From assembly GCA_964636225.1 (NCBI GenBank), contig CAZWQM010000005.1, positions 40,668 to 104,667 of the forward strand: a stretch of DNA of 64,000 bases, read 5' to 3'. The translations under genes were made by a program, and so were the position numbers. Shown here piece after piece: positions 12,535-24,926 of this stretch (its first letter is position 1; each line of letters begins with the position of its first letter). The notes below the pieces were generated by a model that had not been told where the DNA came from, did no database searches, and saw nothing but the letters and a program-made list of their open reading frames with translations. The stretch comes from an uncultured Thiotrichales bacterium (GTDB taxonomy: Bacteria > Pseudomonadota > Gammaproteobacteria > UBA4575).

Positions 12535-13173
12535 TTATGGCTGGCTTCGTTTGCTTTTAATCCATTTAATAATTGGTTGCCACTGTTCACGGTCAACGGC
12601 CGTTGCTGCTGGTCCCATTTCAAATATACCCAAGCCTCGTTCTGCCGCGCGAACATAGTTCTGATTGTCTCGCAGCATTGTTAAGTATGGAATTTTTTGT
12701 TTTGATAAAAATTCTTCCAGCTCCCAGGCAATATTGGTGATTTCTCTGGCTCGATTGGCCACCAATGCAATTTTTGCTTTTTTTTGTGTGACAGGTGCTG
12801 ATTTTCTCAGTTCGTTTAAAAACTGCGTGGCCGCTCGCATATCTATTGGGGACGGAAGCACCGGAATGATAATGGTTTCGGCTTTTCTCAGTAGTTTTGT
12901 TAGTTCAGCACCATGCACAGCGGCTGGCACATCTAAAATGACGATTTCAGTGTTTCTTTGTGGCTTTTCGGAATTTCGCTTAAAACCAGCGATCCCCTGA
13001 ATGGGATTCCGGGCGGATGATCTCGCCGCTAACCAGTCAAGACTGCTGCCCTGTGGGTCGTAATCAACGATTGTGACTTTATTATCCTGAGATGCAAAAT
13101 AACTGGCGAGATTGGTTGCCAGGGTTGTTTTACCGGAACCGCCTTTGGCATTGATGACCATGATATGACGCAT
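12535..13173 (-). CDS. Orphan ParA/MinD-family ATPase (short, 212 aa)
   Basis: It has the deviant Walker A motif KGGSGKTT and a DYDPQGS motif. It is not adjacent to a parB, and the canonical parAB pair is at 27486-29178. Confidence 0.7.
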   Translation of the reverse strand: MRHIMVINAKGGSGKTTLATNLASYFASQDNKVTIVDYDPQGSSLDWLAARSSARNPIQGIAGFKRNSEKPQRNTEIVILDVPAAVHGAELTKLLRKAETIIIPVLPSPIDMRAATQFLNELRKSAPVTQKKAKIALVANRAREITNIAWELEEFLSKQKIPYLTMLRDNQNYVRAAERGLGIFEMGPAATAVDREQWQPIIKWIKSKRSQP

Positions 13174-13251
13174 ATTTCCCCCGTTATAGGTAGTGCATAT
13201 TAATCAGTTGCTGATTCTGAACCATGCACCGACAAGTCTCAACCCGGCGAT

Positions 13252-14022
13252 TTACTTAACTCGGAATTCTGCAATTACCGGAGCATGGTCCGATGGGCGT
13301 TCCCATGTTCTGGGGGTTTTATCGATACTGCTTTTAATACAGTAATCATTTAGCGCTTTGGTTGCCAGAATCAGATCTATTCTCAGGCCGTGATTGCGTC
13401 TGAACCCGCCACCACGATAATCCCACCAACTGAATAATTTATCATCCTGCTTAAAATTCCTGAAGGTGTCAGATAATCCTAACGAAAGCATTTTTTCAAG
13501 CGCTTGGCGCTCATCCTGACTACATAAAATTTTATCTTTCCATTTTTCAGAATCGTGTACATCCCGATCTTCAGGCGCAATATTAAAATCACCTAATACA
13601 ATCACTTTTTTATGAGCTTTCATTTCTTTTTTAATATGTGCTGTGACTTTGTCGATCCACTCGAGCTTGTAGGCATACTTCTCACTCCCCACCTCAGATC
13701 CATTGACCACATACAGGTTGACTATGCGTATATCATCTACTGTGGCTATAAGGATTCTGCGCTGTGGATCTTCCAGTTTATCAATATCTGTAACTATATC
13801 GGTGGGTTCAGACTTTGCCAGAATGGCAACGCCGTTATAAGTTTTTTGCCCGGAAAACACAACATGGTAGCCCGCCTTATGAATTTCATCTCGAGGAAAT
13901 TCCAGATCCTGTGTTTTGGTTTCCTGTAGCGCGAGAATGTCTACATTTGTAGCTTCAAGCCATTCCAGAACTTGAAGTAGTCGTACTCGCAGAGAATTAA
14001 CATTCCAACTTGCTATCTTCAT
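13252..14022 (-). CDS. Exodeoxyribonuclease III family nuclease (second paralogue)
   Basis: 256 aa (MKIASWNVNSLRVR...LALQETK...GDFNIAPE...SDHAPV). Confidence 0.85.
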   Translation of the reverse strand: MKIASWNVNSLRVRLLQVLEWLEATNVDILALQETKTQDLEFPRDEIHKAGYHVVFSGQKTYNGVAILAKSEPTDIVTDIDKLEDPQRRILIATVDDIRIVNLYVVNGSEVGSEKYAYKLEWIDKVTAHIKKEMKAHKKVIVLGDFNIAPEDRDVHDSEKWKDKILCSQDERQALEKMLSLGLSDTFRNFKQDDKLFSWWDYRGGGFRRNHGLRIDLILATKALNDYCIKSSIDKTPRTWERPSDHAPVIAEFRVK

Positions 14023-14025
14023 AAA

Positions 14026-14649
14026 TTAATGGGCTAGCTGATATCCCCACAATCGTTTTGTTTCACGCCTTCCTGCCCAAACACGATAACTGATCACCCC
14101 GGCAAAAAATGACAGTAAAAAGAAAATCAGGATAATCAAGTTTAAGTTATATTTTTTGGCAAATTCATATTTCGCAAGCTCACTGATCTGGGAATCGACC
14201 TGCAACTCTAATCTTCTTTTGCTTTCATTCAAGCTGGTAATTTTCCCGGTTAATTCAGCTATAGTGGATCTTAATTCTTCATTCTCTCTTGCTGTTTCGC
14301 TATCAAAATTTTTAAGCTTCGCATTGGCAGATGGAAGTTTCGTTGTCAGCGATTCATTTCCTTTAGTGAGATTGTTTAATAAGAAAGTTGCCGGTGGTTT
14401 ATCAGTTAAGAACCATGATTGAACCCAGCCCTCCTTGCCTTCACTTGTGCGAACACGAGTATAGCTTTTTTGTTTTTCAAGCACTGTGAGTTCTTGACCG
14501 CTGTCCAGATTCGTTACGACTTCCGCATCATTACTAGCCTGTGCTCGCAATTTTAACTTTAGACTATCCGTTACGAAGATGGTTTCTGCCTGAGCACTTA
14601 GTGGCAAAACAAATAAAATGGTTAACAATATAAATAATTTTTTTCTCAT
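14026..14649 (-). CDS. SH3-domain protein (TIGR04211-like): signal peptide, SH3b, coiled coil and a C-terminal transmembrane segment
   Basis: 207 aa. It has an N-terminal signal peptide and a central coiled coil (ENEELRSTIAELTGKITSLNESKRRLELQV). It ends in a hydrophobic segment plus a basic tail. Confidence 0.55.
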   Translation of the reverse strand: MRKKLFILLTILFVLPLSAQAETIFVTDSLKLKLRAQASNDAEVVTNLDSGQELTVLEKQKSYTRVRTSEGKEGWVQSWFLTDKPPATFLLNNLTKGNESLTTKLPSANAKLKNFDSETARENEELRSTIAELTGKITSLNESKRRLELQVDSQISELAKYEFAKKYNLNLIILIFFLLSFFAGVISYRVWAGRRETKRLWGYQLAH

Positions 14650-14788
14650 CTGCTACGCCTCACAATTACATGGTCGCCCACCGCTTGGTAAGACATAAAA
14701 TGTTTCATAGTTATTATTTAACCGCTATACCCGTTGTAACAGCCTTAATCATACGGGCGACGAATGATGTTTTTTATTTGTTTAGTGC

Positions 14789-17215
<2,427 letters not shown>

Positions 17216-17234
17216 TTAGTAAGTGAAAGAATGA

Positions 17235-18308
17235 TTATACCACCGATGAAACACATCCATGTTTCACGTGGAACCATTTTATTGGTTGATCTAGGCACTT
17301 CATTGCTTCTCTTGATAGAGCAGTAATAATGATTTGGGAATCTAACTGAGCTAATATCTCCAAAGCAATCTGTGTCTGTTTTGCATCCAGCTCAGCCTGT
17401 AGCTCATCGACTAAATATACTATGGATTTGCCATATTTCTGCTTAATGGTTTTTGCCTGCGCCAATTTTAGTGCAATCGCCATCATTTTCTGCTGACCAC
17501 GTGAACTGGTCTTTGCAAAAAGCTTTCCATTCCAGCTGATTTTAAGATCGCCCCGATGGGGACCGACTTGTGTAAATAATGACAGATCATCTGACCTTAG
17601 CTCGTTATCCAGCGCTACTTTAAGCCCAAGTCTTGAATCCCAACCTGGCGTATATTCCAATCTAATGCTTTGTGTAAAACCAAAAAGGGTTAATATTTCA
17701 TTCACTCGGGGTACGATTTCTAGACAATAATTCGATATTTGCTTGGAAATCGCTTCCCCATGGTCGGCCAGAGTGTGATGCCAATGTTTTGCTTGAGAAA
17801 TATTACGAGTTTTCAAACAGAAATTTCTCTGCTTGACCGCCTTTGAATATTCACTCCACATTTTGGAAAACCCTTGTTCCACGTGGAACACACCCCAATT
17901 AAGAAACTTACGTCGTTCTGACGGACCAGAAGTAACGAGCAAATAGGATTCCGGGTGAATATCAAGTACTGGCAGGCTTTTTGCGAGCTCGGACCAGCCT
18001 GAAGTCGTCTCACGGTTTAAGCGCAGTTCTTTCTCTGAAGAAGAGGATATACGCACGCCTAATTGGGAAGTGTTTCCTAGATTAACGACTTCTCCATACA
18101 GGGTCAGCATTGAGGCATCATGGTGGGTGACATTTACTAATGAGCTGGTACGAAAACTTTTACCGCAGCTGAGTACGTGGATTCCTTCCAGTATGCTGGT
18201 TTTGCCAGCACCATTTTCCCCGAATAGAACATTAATTCCATGCGAAAACGAAATTTCACATTGTTTGAATGAACGCAGCCCCTCTGCCTGCAATTTTTGC
18301 AACCACAT
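17235..18308 (-). CDS. recF: DNA replication and repair protein RecF
   Basis: 357 aa SMC-like ABC ATPase (GENGAGKTSILE). Confidence 0.93.
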   Translation of the reverse strand: MWLQKLQAEGLRSFKQCEISFSHGINVLFGENGAGKTSILEGIHVLSCGKSFRTSSLVNVTHHDASMLTLYGEVVNLGNTSQLGVRISSSSEKELRLNRETTSGWSELAKSLPVLDIHPESYLLVTSGPSERRKFLNWGVFHVEQGFSKMWSEYSKAVKQRNFCLKTRNISQAKHWHHTLADHGEAISKQISNYCLEIVPRVNEILTLFGFTQSIRLEYTPGWDSRLGLKVALDNELRSDDLSLFTQVGPHRGDLKISWNGKLFAKTSSRGQQKMMAIALKLAQAKTIKQKYGKSIVYLVDELQAELDAKQTQIALEILAQLDSQIIITALSREAMKCLDQPIKWFHVKHGCVSSVV

Positions 18309-18321
18309 CTTAGCGATAGGA

Positions 18322-19416
18322 TTACAGCCGCATAGGCATCACGACATATTTTCGGTTTTCAATTTCAGGTGAAATAATAAGAAGACTGCTGTTTGTATCC
18401 TGAAGATAAAAATGTACTTCATTTGAATGGATAGTATTTAGCACATCTACCAGATAGCTGACATTGAAGCCTATTTCGAGATCCGGACCGCTGTAAGAAA
18501 TATCCAGTTCTTCTTCTGCCTCTTCTTGTTCTGGATTATGTGCTTGAATTTTAAGTATATTTTCAGAGAAACCTAGCCGTACACCACGATACTTTTCATT
18601 ACTGAGAATAGATACACGCATTAAACATGCACGCAGTATTTCACGTTCAATGCTGGCGATATATTGATGTCCCTCAGGAATCACACGTTGATAATCGGGG
18701 AATTTTCCATCAATTAGTTTTGTAACAAAACGTATGTCTCCAAAAGTTGCTTGTAAGTGGTTTTGACTAAAAGCCAGCTCCACCCGACTGCTGGCAGCCG
18801 ATAATATTCGCATAAATTCCTGCACTGCCTTTTTGGGTACAATCACCTGCCGGTCTTCTGCAGAATCTTCCAAAGGAGTGTCAGCGATAGAAAGACGATG
18901 TCCGTCCGTAGCAACTGCGCGCAAATGTCCTCCCTCTGATTCCATCATTAATCCATTCAGATAGTAACGAACATCCTGTTGCGCCATTGCAAAAGAAGTA
19001 TCTTCGATTAAGGAATGTAATTGATCTTTATCGATCGAAATGGTTTGGTCGACAGCAATTTCATCCACTAGGGGAAATTCACTGGCAGCGAGCGTTGCAA
19101 GTGAAAATCGGCTTTTAGCTGATTTGATTTCAACTTTTTCACCCGAACAGGAAAAGTGAATATCATTGCCTTCGGGCAAAGACTTACAAATATCCAGTAA
19201 TTTTCGTCCGGGTACAGTAATGGGATCACCGTCTGGTTCTATATCAATAGTGGCTGAAACTTCCAGCTCCAGGTCGGTCGCAGTAATGACTAACCTTCCA
19301 TTGACATTTCTGAGCAGAAAGTTGGAAAGAATTGGCATGGTTTGTCTACGTTCAACTGCACCAATTATCAGCTGGACAGGTTTGAGTAATTCTTCTCTTT
19401 GAATATTGAACTTCAT
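18322..19416 (-). CDS. dnaN: DNA polymerase III beta sliding clamp
   Basis: 364 aa with three beta-clamp domains and an N-terminus like E. coli DnaN (MKFNIQREELLKPVQ). Confidence 0.95.
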   Translation of the reverse strand: MKFNIQREELLKPVQLIIGAVERRQTMPILSNFLLRNVNGRLVITATDLELEVSATIDIEPDGDPITVPGRKLLDICKSLPEGNDIHFSCSGEKVEIKSAKSRFSLATLAASEFPLVDEIAVDQTISIDKDQLHSLIEDTSFAMAQQDVRYYLNGLMMESEGGHLRAVATDGHRLSIADTPLEDSAEDRQVIVPKKAVQEFMRILSAASSRVELAFSQNHLQATFGDIRFVTKLIDGKFPDYQRVIPEGHQYIASIEREILRACLMRVSILSNEKYRGVRLGFSENILKIQAHNPEQEEAEEELDISYSGPDLEIGFNVSYLVDVLNTIHSNEVHFYLQDTNSSLLIISPEIENRKYVVMPMRL

Positions 19417-19630
19417 TTCTTTTAATAATATTTTTTTAATTTAAAACATTGTTATTATTAGCTAGATACTTTTCTGTGGATATCGATAAATAATATATAA
19501 TATTCAGTAGGTTAAATATATAACAAGCTGTTGATAACTTATTTGTAAGAGACAACACCTTAGTATTCTTTTTCGTCGGACCTGTCAGGTTAAAGTTAAC
19601 CAAATTATATAAACAGGTTTTCCACAAGTT
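19417..19630. promoter_or_regulatory. AT-rich dnaA-dnaN spacer with DnaA-box-like 9-mers; candidate oriC / DNA-unwinding region and dnaN promoter
   Basis: The 214 bp spacer is very AT-rich. It contains TGTGGATAT (19475-19483, complement of ATATCCACA), TGTTGATAA (19529-19537, complement of TTATCAACA) and TTTTCCACA (19618-19626). Each is within 1-2 mismatches of the TTATCCACA consensus. Confidence 0.4.
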
Positions 19631-20968
19631 TTAGTTACTTAGTATACGTAATAGATTTACATATTCGTCATTTATTTTAACGTCACTTTGCCTCAATTCC
19701 TTGGTTTTTCTACACGCATGTAGCACTGTTGTATGATCCCGGCCACCAAAGGCATCACCTATTTCTGGCAGACTGTGATTAGTCACTTCTTTTGCTAACG
19801 CCATGGCAATTTGTCTTGGGCGCGTGATTGAGCGCGTGCGGCGAGAGGAGTTTAAGTCCGAAATGCGTATTTTGTAATACTCGGCGACCGTTTTCTGAAT
19901 ATTTTCGATCGTGACCAGCTTTTCCTGCAAAGTAATCAAGTCGTGCAGAGCTTCCTTGGCAAAGTCTAAAGTGATGGGCTTGCCTTTAAACTGTGAATTG
20001 GCGAGGACACGGCGCAAAGCACCTTCGAGTTCTCGAATGTTTGAACGAATCCGTTTGGCAATGAAAAAGGCGACATCATGAGGGAGATTCACATTTACCG
20101 CTTCAGCCTTACTTTGCATAATGGCTACCCGGGTTTCCAGTTCAGGTGGTTCAATGGCTTGTGACAGACCCCAGCCAAAACGAGATTTAAGTCTTTCTTC
20201 CAGACCATCCAGCTCTTTGGGGTAACGGTCACAAGTCATAATGATTTGCTGCTGGCCTTCCATAAGTGCATTAAATGTGTGAAAAAACTCTTCTTGTGAG
20301 CGCTCCTTGCCTGCGAAAAATTGGATATCATCTATTAAAAGAGCGTTAACTGAACGATAATGTCGCTTAAATTCGTCGATCGCGTTATGTTGCAAGGCTT
20401 TAACCATATCTTGCACAAAACGCTCGGAGTGAAGATACACAACTTTGGCCTCGGGATTCAGCGCCAGTATCTGATTACCGATGGCATGCATTAAGTGTGT
20501 TTTACCCAGACCTACGCCGCCATACAGTAAAAGCGGGTTATAGGCTTTTCCTGAATTATTAGCGACTTGAACGGAAGCTGCCTTTGCCAGTTCATTGGAT
20601 TTACCCTCAACGAAACTATCAAAAGTAAAGTCACGATTCAGATTATGAGTATAGGCTCGATTAGTGGATGCAGCCGGGGGTTGCGGCGACATCGGGGTTG
20701 CCACGCTAGATGGGGGAATTTGTCGACTACCTACACTAATCGATACCTGATTAAGACCTGCCTCTTTACCAATCGACTGGACCAGCTGACGAATTCGTTC
20801 CAAGTAGTGGTCGTTGACCCAATCCAGCACAAATCGATTGGGAGCTAGTAATGTCAGCATTTGATTATGTTGCTCGGCCTGTAAAGGTCGAATCCAGGTA
20901 TTAAGTAACTGTTCTGTGAGCTCGGACTCGAGCTGGCGGACACATAAATTCCAAACAGGACTAGACAT
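19631..20968 (-). CDS. dnaA: Chromosomal replication initiator DnaA
   Basis: 445 aa with an AAA+ domain ([16 protein letters not shown]) and a C-terminal DNA-binding domain. Confidence 0.97.
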   Translation of the reverse strand: MSSPVWNLCVRQLESELTEQLLNTWIRPLQAEQHNQMLTLLAPNRFVLDWVNDHYLERIRQLVQSIGKEAGLNQVSISVGSRQIPPSSVATPMSPQPPAASTNRAYTHNLNRDFTFDSFVEGKSNELAKAASVQVANNSGKAYNPLLLYGGVGLGKTHLMHAIGNQILALNPEAKVVYLHSERFVQDMVKALQHNAIDEFKRHYRSVNALLIDDIQFFAGKERSQEEFFHTFNALMEGQQQIIMTCDRYPKELDGLEERLKSRFGWGLSQAIEPPELETRVAIMQSKAEAVNVNLPHDVAFFIAKRIRSNIRELEGALRRVLANSQFKGKPITLDFAKEALHDLITLQEKLVTIENIQKTVAEYYKIRISDLNSSRRTRSITRPRQIAMALAKEVTNHSLPEIGDAFGGRDHTTVLHACRKTKELRQSDVKINDEYVNLLRILSN

Positions 20969-21073
20969 TAGGCTTTCGGTTCGTTGAGTAGAAGTTGAGG
21001 ATTAAATTATTCGGCAGACCATAGTCAAAATATTATAATATCCGACCCTAGGACTGAAACAGCATTATAATCG

Positions 21074-21102
21074 TTGACAAAGCGGCATCTGGCAATTAAT
21101 GT
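21074..21102 (+). promoter_or_regulatory. Sigma-70-type promoter for rpmH-rnpA (TTGACA-N17-TAATGT)
   Basis: TTGACA at 21074-21079, a 17-nt spacer and TAATGT at 21097-21102. It lies about 45 bp upstream of the rpmH start. Confidence 0.45.
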
Positions 21103-21146
21103 TTCCGCCCCCTAACATATACAACCATCGAAACTAGGTATTTGCT

Positions 21147-21281
21147 GTGAAAAGGACGTTTCAACCAAGTAATTTACGCCGTGCACGTACGCATGGGTTT
21201 AGAGCACGCATGAAAACACGTGGTGGACGTGCGGTTATTCGAGCGCGACGCGCACGTGGTAGAGCCCGTCTTTGTCCATAA
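21147..21281 (+). CDS. rpmH: 50S ribosomal protein L34
   Basis: It is not in the ORF track because it has a GTG start. Translation gives [44 protein letters not shown]. Confidence 0.9.
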   Translation: MKRTFQPSNLRRARTHGFRARMKTRGGRAVIRARRARGRARLCP

Positions 21282-21284
21282 CAG

Positions 21285-21650
21285 TTGTGTAGTAAGCCCG
21301 CATCTAATCGATTTACCAAGCAGGATCGGCTGTTATCTTCCAATGAATTTGAAGCCGTATTTGACAAACCTGTCAAGTCTGCAGATTCCGCCTATACAAT
21401 TCTTGCTCGAGCCAATCAATTACCGGGCCCCAGACTGGGTGTTATTGTTAGCAAAAAAAATGTTCCAGGGGCCGTTGGCAGAAATCGATTAAAGCGTATT
21501 GTTCGAGAAAGTTTTCGTACCCATAAAAATATTATTGGCCCCTTTGACGTAATAGTAATATGTAAGAAAAATAGTGCGAATATTATTAATTCGTCTCTTT
21601 TGAAAAAACTGCAAAGGCACTGGAAATTTTTAAATACACATGCTGAATAA
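21285..21650 (+). CDS. rnpA: RNase P protein component
   Basis: 121 aa. [12 protein letters not shown]...[27 protein letters not shown] aligns with the E. coli RnpA RNR motif region. Probable TTG start 4 nt after rpmH. Confidence 0.85.
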   Translation: MCSKPASNRFTKQDRLLSSNEFEAVFDKPVKSADSAYTILARANQLPGPRLGVIVSKKNVPGAVGRNRLKRIVRESFRTHKNIIGPFDVIVICKKNSANIINSSLLKKLQRHWKFLNTHAE

Positions 21651-21873
21651 AATTTTCATAGGAATAATTCGATTCTATCAGCTGTGTATCAGCCCAATGT
21701 TAGGTCCGCGCTGTCGATTTACACCCACCTGTTCTCAATATGCAGTCGAAGCGATTCAGACTTATGGCGTACTTAAAGGCATGTATCTGGGCATTCGAAG
21801 AATTTCTAAGTGTCATCCTTTCCATGCAGGTGGATACGACCCCGTGCCGGAAAAACTCATGGATAAAAGCTAA
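21640..21873 (+). CDS. yidD: Membrane protein insertion efficiency factor YidD
   Basis: 77 aa with conserved YQ..ISP..G..CRF.PTCSQYA. Confidence 0.85.
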   Translation: MLNKIFIGIIRFYQLCISPMLGPRCRFTPTCSQYAVEAIQTYGVLKGMYLGIRRISKCHPFHAGGYDPVPEKLMDKS

Positions 21874-23540
21874 TGGATAATCAACGTTTTTTCTTATACA
21901 TCTCGCTGTTACTGGTTTCCTATATATTATGGAGTAACTGGTCAGGTGAAAATGCACCTGTGGTTGAACAGCAGGTAGAAGAGCAACGTGCGGATAATTC
22001 CAACATCGGTAATAAAAATGATGTACCTGAGTCCGCAGCGCAGACACGTGCGCCGGCAAATCTCACTTCCGCACCAATCAATAATGACACCCGTGTAGAA
22101 AATGAATATGTGGTGGTTGAAACTGATATATTTAGTCTACATATAAATACACGTGGTGCAGATATACATGAAGCGGAACTTAAAACTTATCCTGTTGATA
22201 TTAAGCATAAAGACCAACCACTGGTATTGCTCGAGGATGACGGTAAAATCTACATAGCTCAGTCAGGCTTATTACATGATCGAATTGGCGATGTGGATGT
22301 CAGTACACTGGCGCCAAATCATCATGATATCTATAGTGCTGAGAACAATAAGTACGTGCTGATGCCCGGGCAGGATGATCTTGTTGTACCTTTTCAGTGG
22401 CAAAGCGCTAACGGTGTCACTGTCACAAAAACCTATCACTTCAAGCGCAGCAAGTTTCTGGTTGAAGTCGATTACAAAATTTCAAATCAAGGTCAGCAGG
22501 AATGGGTTGGTCGACAGTATCGTCAACTGCGACATGGTTATGTTAGTGGACAAAAAAGTTTTCTGCGTTTGCCGACTTATACCGGGGGCGCCTATTATGA
22601 TACCAAGTATGAAAAAATATCCTTTGATGATATGGCAGAGGAACCCCTGGCAAAAGAAGTTACAGGTGGTTGGGCAGCCATGTTGCAACATTATTTCTTC
22701 TCTGCATGGCTAGCGGAAGAATTTGAAACAAACTATTACTATACGAATGTAGTGAAAAACGCAGTGGGAAATGATTACATTATAGGTCTGCGTTCAGAAC
22801 CAATAAAAATCGCACCAGGTGAAACGGCAGAATTTAAAAGTCGTTTATACATGGGGCCAAAATTACAGAAGAGAATCGAGAAAATACAGCCTGGGCTGGA
22901 GTTGACAACAGATTATGGAATGTTGACCCCATTAAGTAAGCCATTATTCTGGTTGCTGGATTTCATTCATGGCTACGTAAAAAACTGGGGTTGGTCAATT
23001 ATTCTGCTGACATTATTGATTAAGCTGGCATTTTTCCGCCTGTCTGCATCAAGCTATAAATCAATGGCAAGAATGCGCAAGGTCCAGCCTAAAATGGTGG
23101 CTCTGCGTGAGCGATATGCTGACGACAAACAAAAATTAAACACGGCTATGTGGGATCTTTACAAGAAGGAAAAAATTAATCCTCTTGGTGGCTGTTTACC
23201 GATCCTGATACAAATGCCGGTATTCCTGGCGTTGTACTGGGTACTAATAGAAAGTGTAGAGATGCGCCACGCACCATTTATGTTCTGGATACACGATCTA
23301 TCATCCAAAGACCCATTATTTATTCTGCCAGTGCTGATGGGGATCTCTATGTTTATTCAGTTTAAACTGAACCCAAAACCACCCGATCCCATGCAGGAAA
23401 AAATATTCATGATCATGCCAGTGTTTATGTCGGGCTTTATGGCGTTTTTCCCCGCCGGACTGGTTTTATACTGGTTCGTGAATAATTTACTTTCCATCGG
23501 TCAGCAGTGGTACATTACGCGTAAATATGCTGACGCATAA
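21873..23540 (+). CDS. yidC: Membrane protein insertase YidC
   Basis: 555 aa with an N-terminal transmembrane segment, a periplasmic domain and the conserved C-terminal five-transmembrane core. Confidence 0.95.
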   Translation: MDNQRFFLYISLLLVSYILWSNWSGENAPVVEQQVEEQRADNSNIGNKNDVPESAAQTRAPANLTSAPINNDTRVENEYVVVETDIFSLHINTRGADIHEAELKTYPVDIKHKDQPLVLLEDDGKIYIAQSGLLHDRIGDVDVSTLAPNHHDIYSAENNKYVLMPGQDDLVVPFQWQSANGVTVTKTYHFKRSKFLVEVDYKISNQGQQEWVGRQYRQLRHGYVSGQKSFLRLPTYTGGAYYDTKYEKISFDDMAEEPLAKEVTGGWAAMLQHYFFSAWLAEEFETNYYYTNVVKNAVGNDYIIGLRSEPIKIAPGETAEFKSRLYMGPKLQKRIEKIQPGLELTTDYGMLTPLSKPLFWLLDFIHGYVKNWGWSIILLTLLIKLAFFRLSASSYKSMARMRKVQPKMVALRERYADDKQKLNTAMWDLYKKEKINPLGGCLPILIQMPVFLALYWVLIESVEMRHAPFMFWIHDLSSKDPLFILPVLMGISMFIQFKLNPKPPDPMQEKIFMIMPVFMSGFMAFFPAGLVLYWFVNNLLSIGQQWYITRKYADA

Positions 23541-23542
23541 CG

Positions 23543-24868
23543 GTGTCAACAACTGAAACTATTTGTGCGCTGGCAACTCCAAATGGGAATGCCAGCGTCG
23601 CAGTCATCCGCATCTCTGGCCCAGACGCGCACAAAGTTGCAAACCAACTTACGCATATAACGTTAAAGCCGCGCTATGCTCATTTTTCAGTATTTTATAA
23701 CCTGCAAAATGAAGCGCTTGATCAGGGCCTGGTTATTTATTTTAAGGGACCCAACTCGTTTACCGGCGAAGATGTAGTTGAACTTCACCCGCATGGTAAT
23801 CCATATGTCTGTCAGCAAATAATTCACTGCCTAAATAAACTGGGCATAAGGTTGGCTTTGCCAGGGGAGTTCAGTGAACGCGCCTTTCTTAATGGAAAAC
23901 TGGACCTGACTCAACTTGAAGCTATTGCCGATCTTATTACCAGCGGTTCAGAACAGGCTGCAAAATCAGCTGTACAATCCATGCAAGGAAAATTTTCGCA
24001 GCAGATACAAATAATTCTGGATCAACTCATTCAAATAAGAACTCACATAGAGGCGTCACTGGATTTTTCAGAAGAGGATATAGAAACAGAAACCCGAGAC
24101 AGCGTAAGCAGTAAACTGTCCTCTTTAATGTTGCAGCTTAGAAAAGTATTTGAGCTGGCAGAAAAGGGCGCACAACTGCAGAAAGGTTTTAGCGTGGTTT
24201 TAATGGGCCGACCCAATGTTGGCAAGTCTTCACTATTTAATATGCTATGTGCACAAGATCGCGCAATAGTAACGAATATTCCTGGCACGACGCGGGATAT
24301 TATCTCCATTGATATGCAGTTAAACGGTGTGTCTATACGCTTATTAGATACTGCCGGCATTCGAGATGATGCCGGACAAGTGGAAAAAGAGGGTATTCAG
24401 CGTGCACAATCCGCGATAGAAACTTCCGATGCCGTTATTCATGTCATCGACGGAACCGAGTTATCCTCTAAAGTAGAAGACTTCAAGCGACAAGCGAATG
24501 AAATTACCGTTATTAATAAATGCGATCTGTTGCCCGAAGGATTTAAAGTGCCAGCGGGCACCTTATTAATATCCGCAAAAACAGGGCAGGGATTGGAAAG
24601 CTTAACGGAAAAAATTCAACACCTATTACATATACAACCACAGGATGTTGAAGCGCCATTTTCAGCCAGAGTGCGACATTTGGATGCACTTTCTCGGTGT
24701 CATGTACATCTTGATTTGGCTCACAAGCAAATTATTGATACACATCCACTAGAGCTGGCGGCGGAAGAATTACGCGTGTCACAACAGATATTGGGTGAAA
24801 TAACAGGCGAATTTACTCCGGATGACTTGCTGGATTATGTATTCCGCGAATTTTGTATCGGCAAGTAA
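23543..24868 (+). CDS. mnmE: tRNA modification GTPase MnmE
   Basis: 441 aa with a G-domain (GRPNVGKSSLFN) and a C-terminal CIGK. Confidence 0.95.
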   Translation: MSTTETICALATPNGNASVAVIRISGPDAHKVANQLTHITLKPRYAHFSVFYNLQNEALDQGLVIYFKGPNSFTGEDVVELHPHGNPYVCQQIIHCLNKLGIRLALPGEFSERAFLNGKLDLTQLEAIADLITSGSEQAAKSAVQSMQGKFSQQIQIILDQLIQIRTHIEASLDFSEEDIETETRDSVSSKLSSLMLQLRKVFELAEKGAQLQKGFSVVLMGRPNVGKSSLFNMLCAQDRAIVTNIPGTTRDIISIDMQLNGVSIRLLDTAGIRDDAGQVEKEGIQRAQSAIETSDAVIHVIDGTELSSKVEDFKRQANEITVINKCDLLPEGFKVPAGTLLISAKTGQGLESLTEKIQHLLHIQPQDVEAPFSARVRHLDALSRCHVHLDLAHKQIIDTHPLELAAEELRVSQQILGEITGEFTPDDLLDYVFREFCIGK

Positions 24869-24926
24869 GCAGCAGTGCGGTATCATTTCTGATCAGATAT
24901 AAATTAATTTTAGTTAAATCAAAACA

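Noticed and set aside
12535-13173. Considered calling the 212-aa ParA-like gene a plasmid or mobile-element partition gene marking an integrated element
   Set aside because: There is no adjacent parB, rep or integrase and no att-like repeats. The flanking genes are chromosomal housekeeping, so I treated it as an orphan chromosomal ParA/MinD-family ATPase.
19436-19627. 63-aa ORF (MWKTCLYNLVNFNL...) inside the dnaA-dnaN spacer
   Set aside because: It lies entirely in the extremely AT-rich spacer. Its composition is low-complexity Asn/Leu/Ile-rich and it has no ribosome-binding site. It is more likely non-coding origin or promoter DNA.
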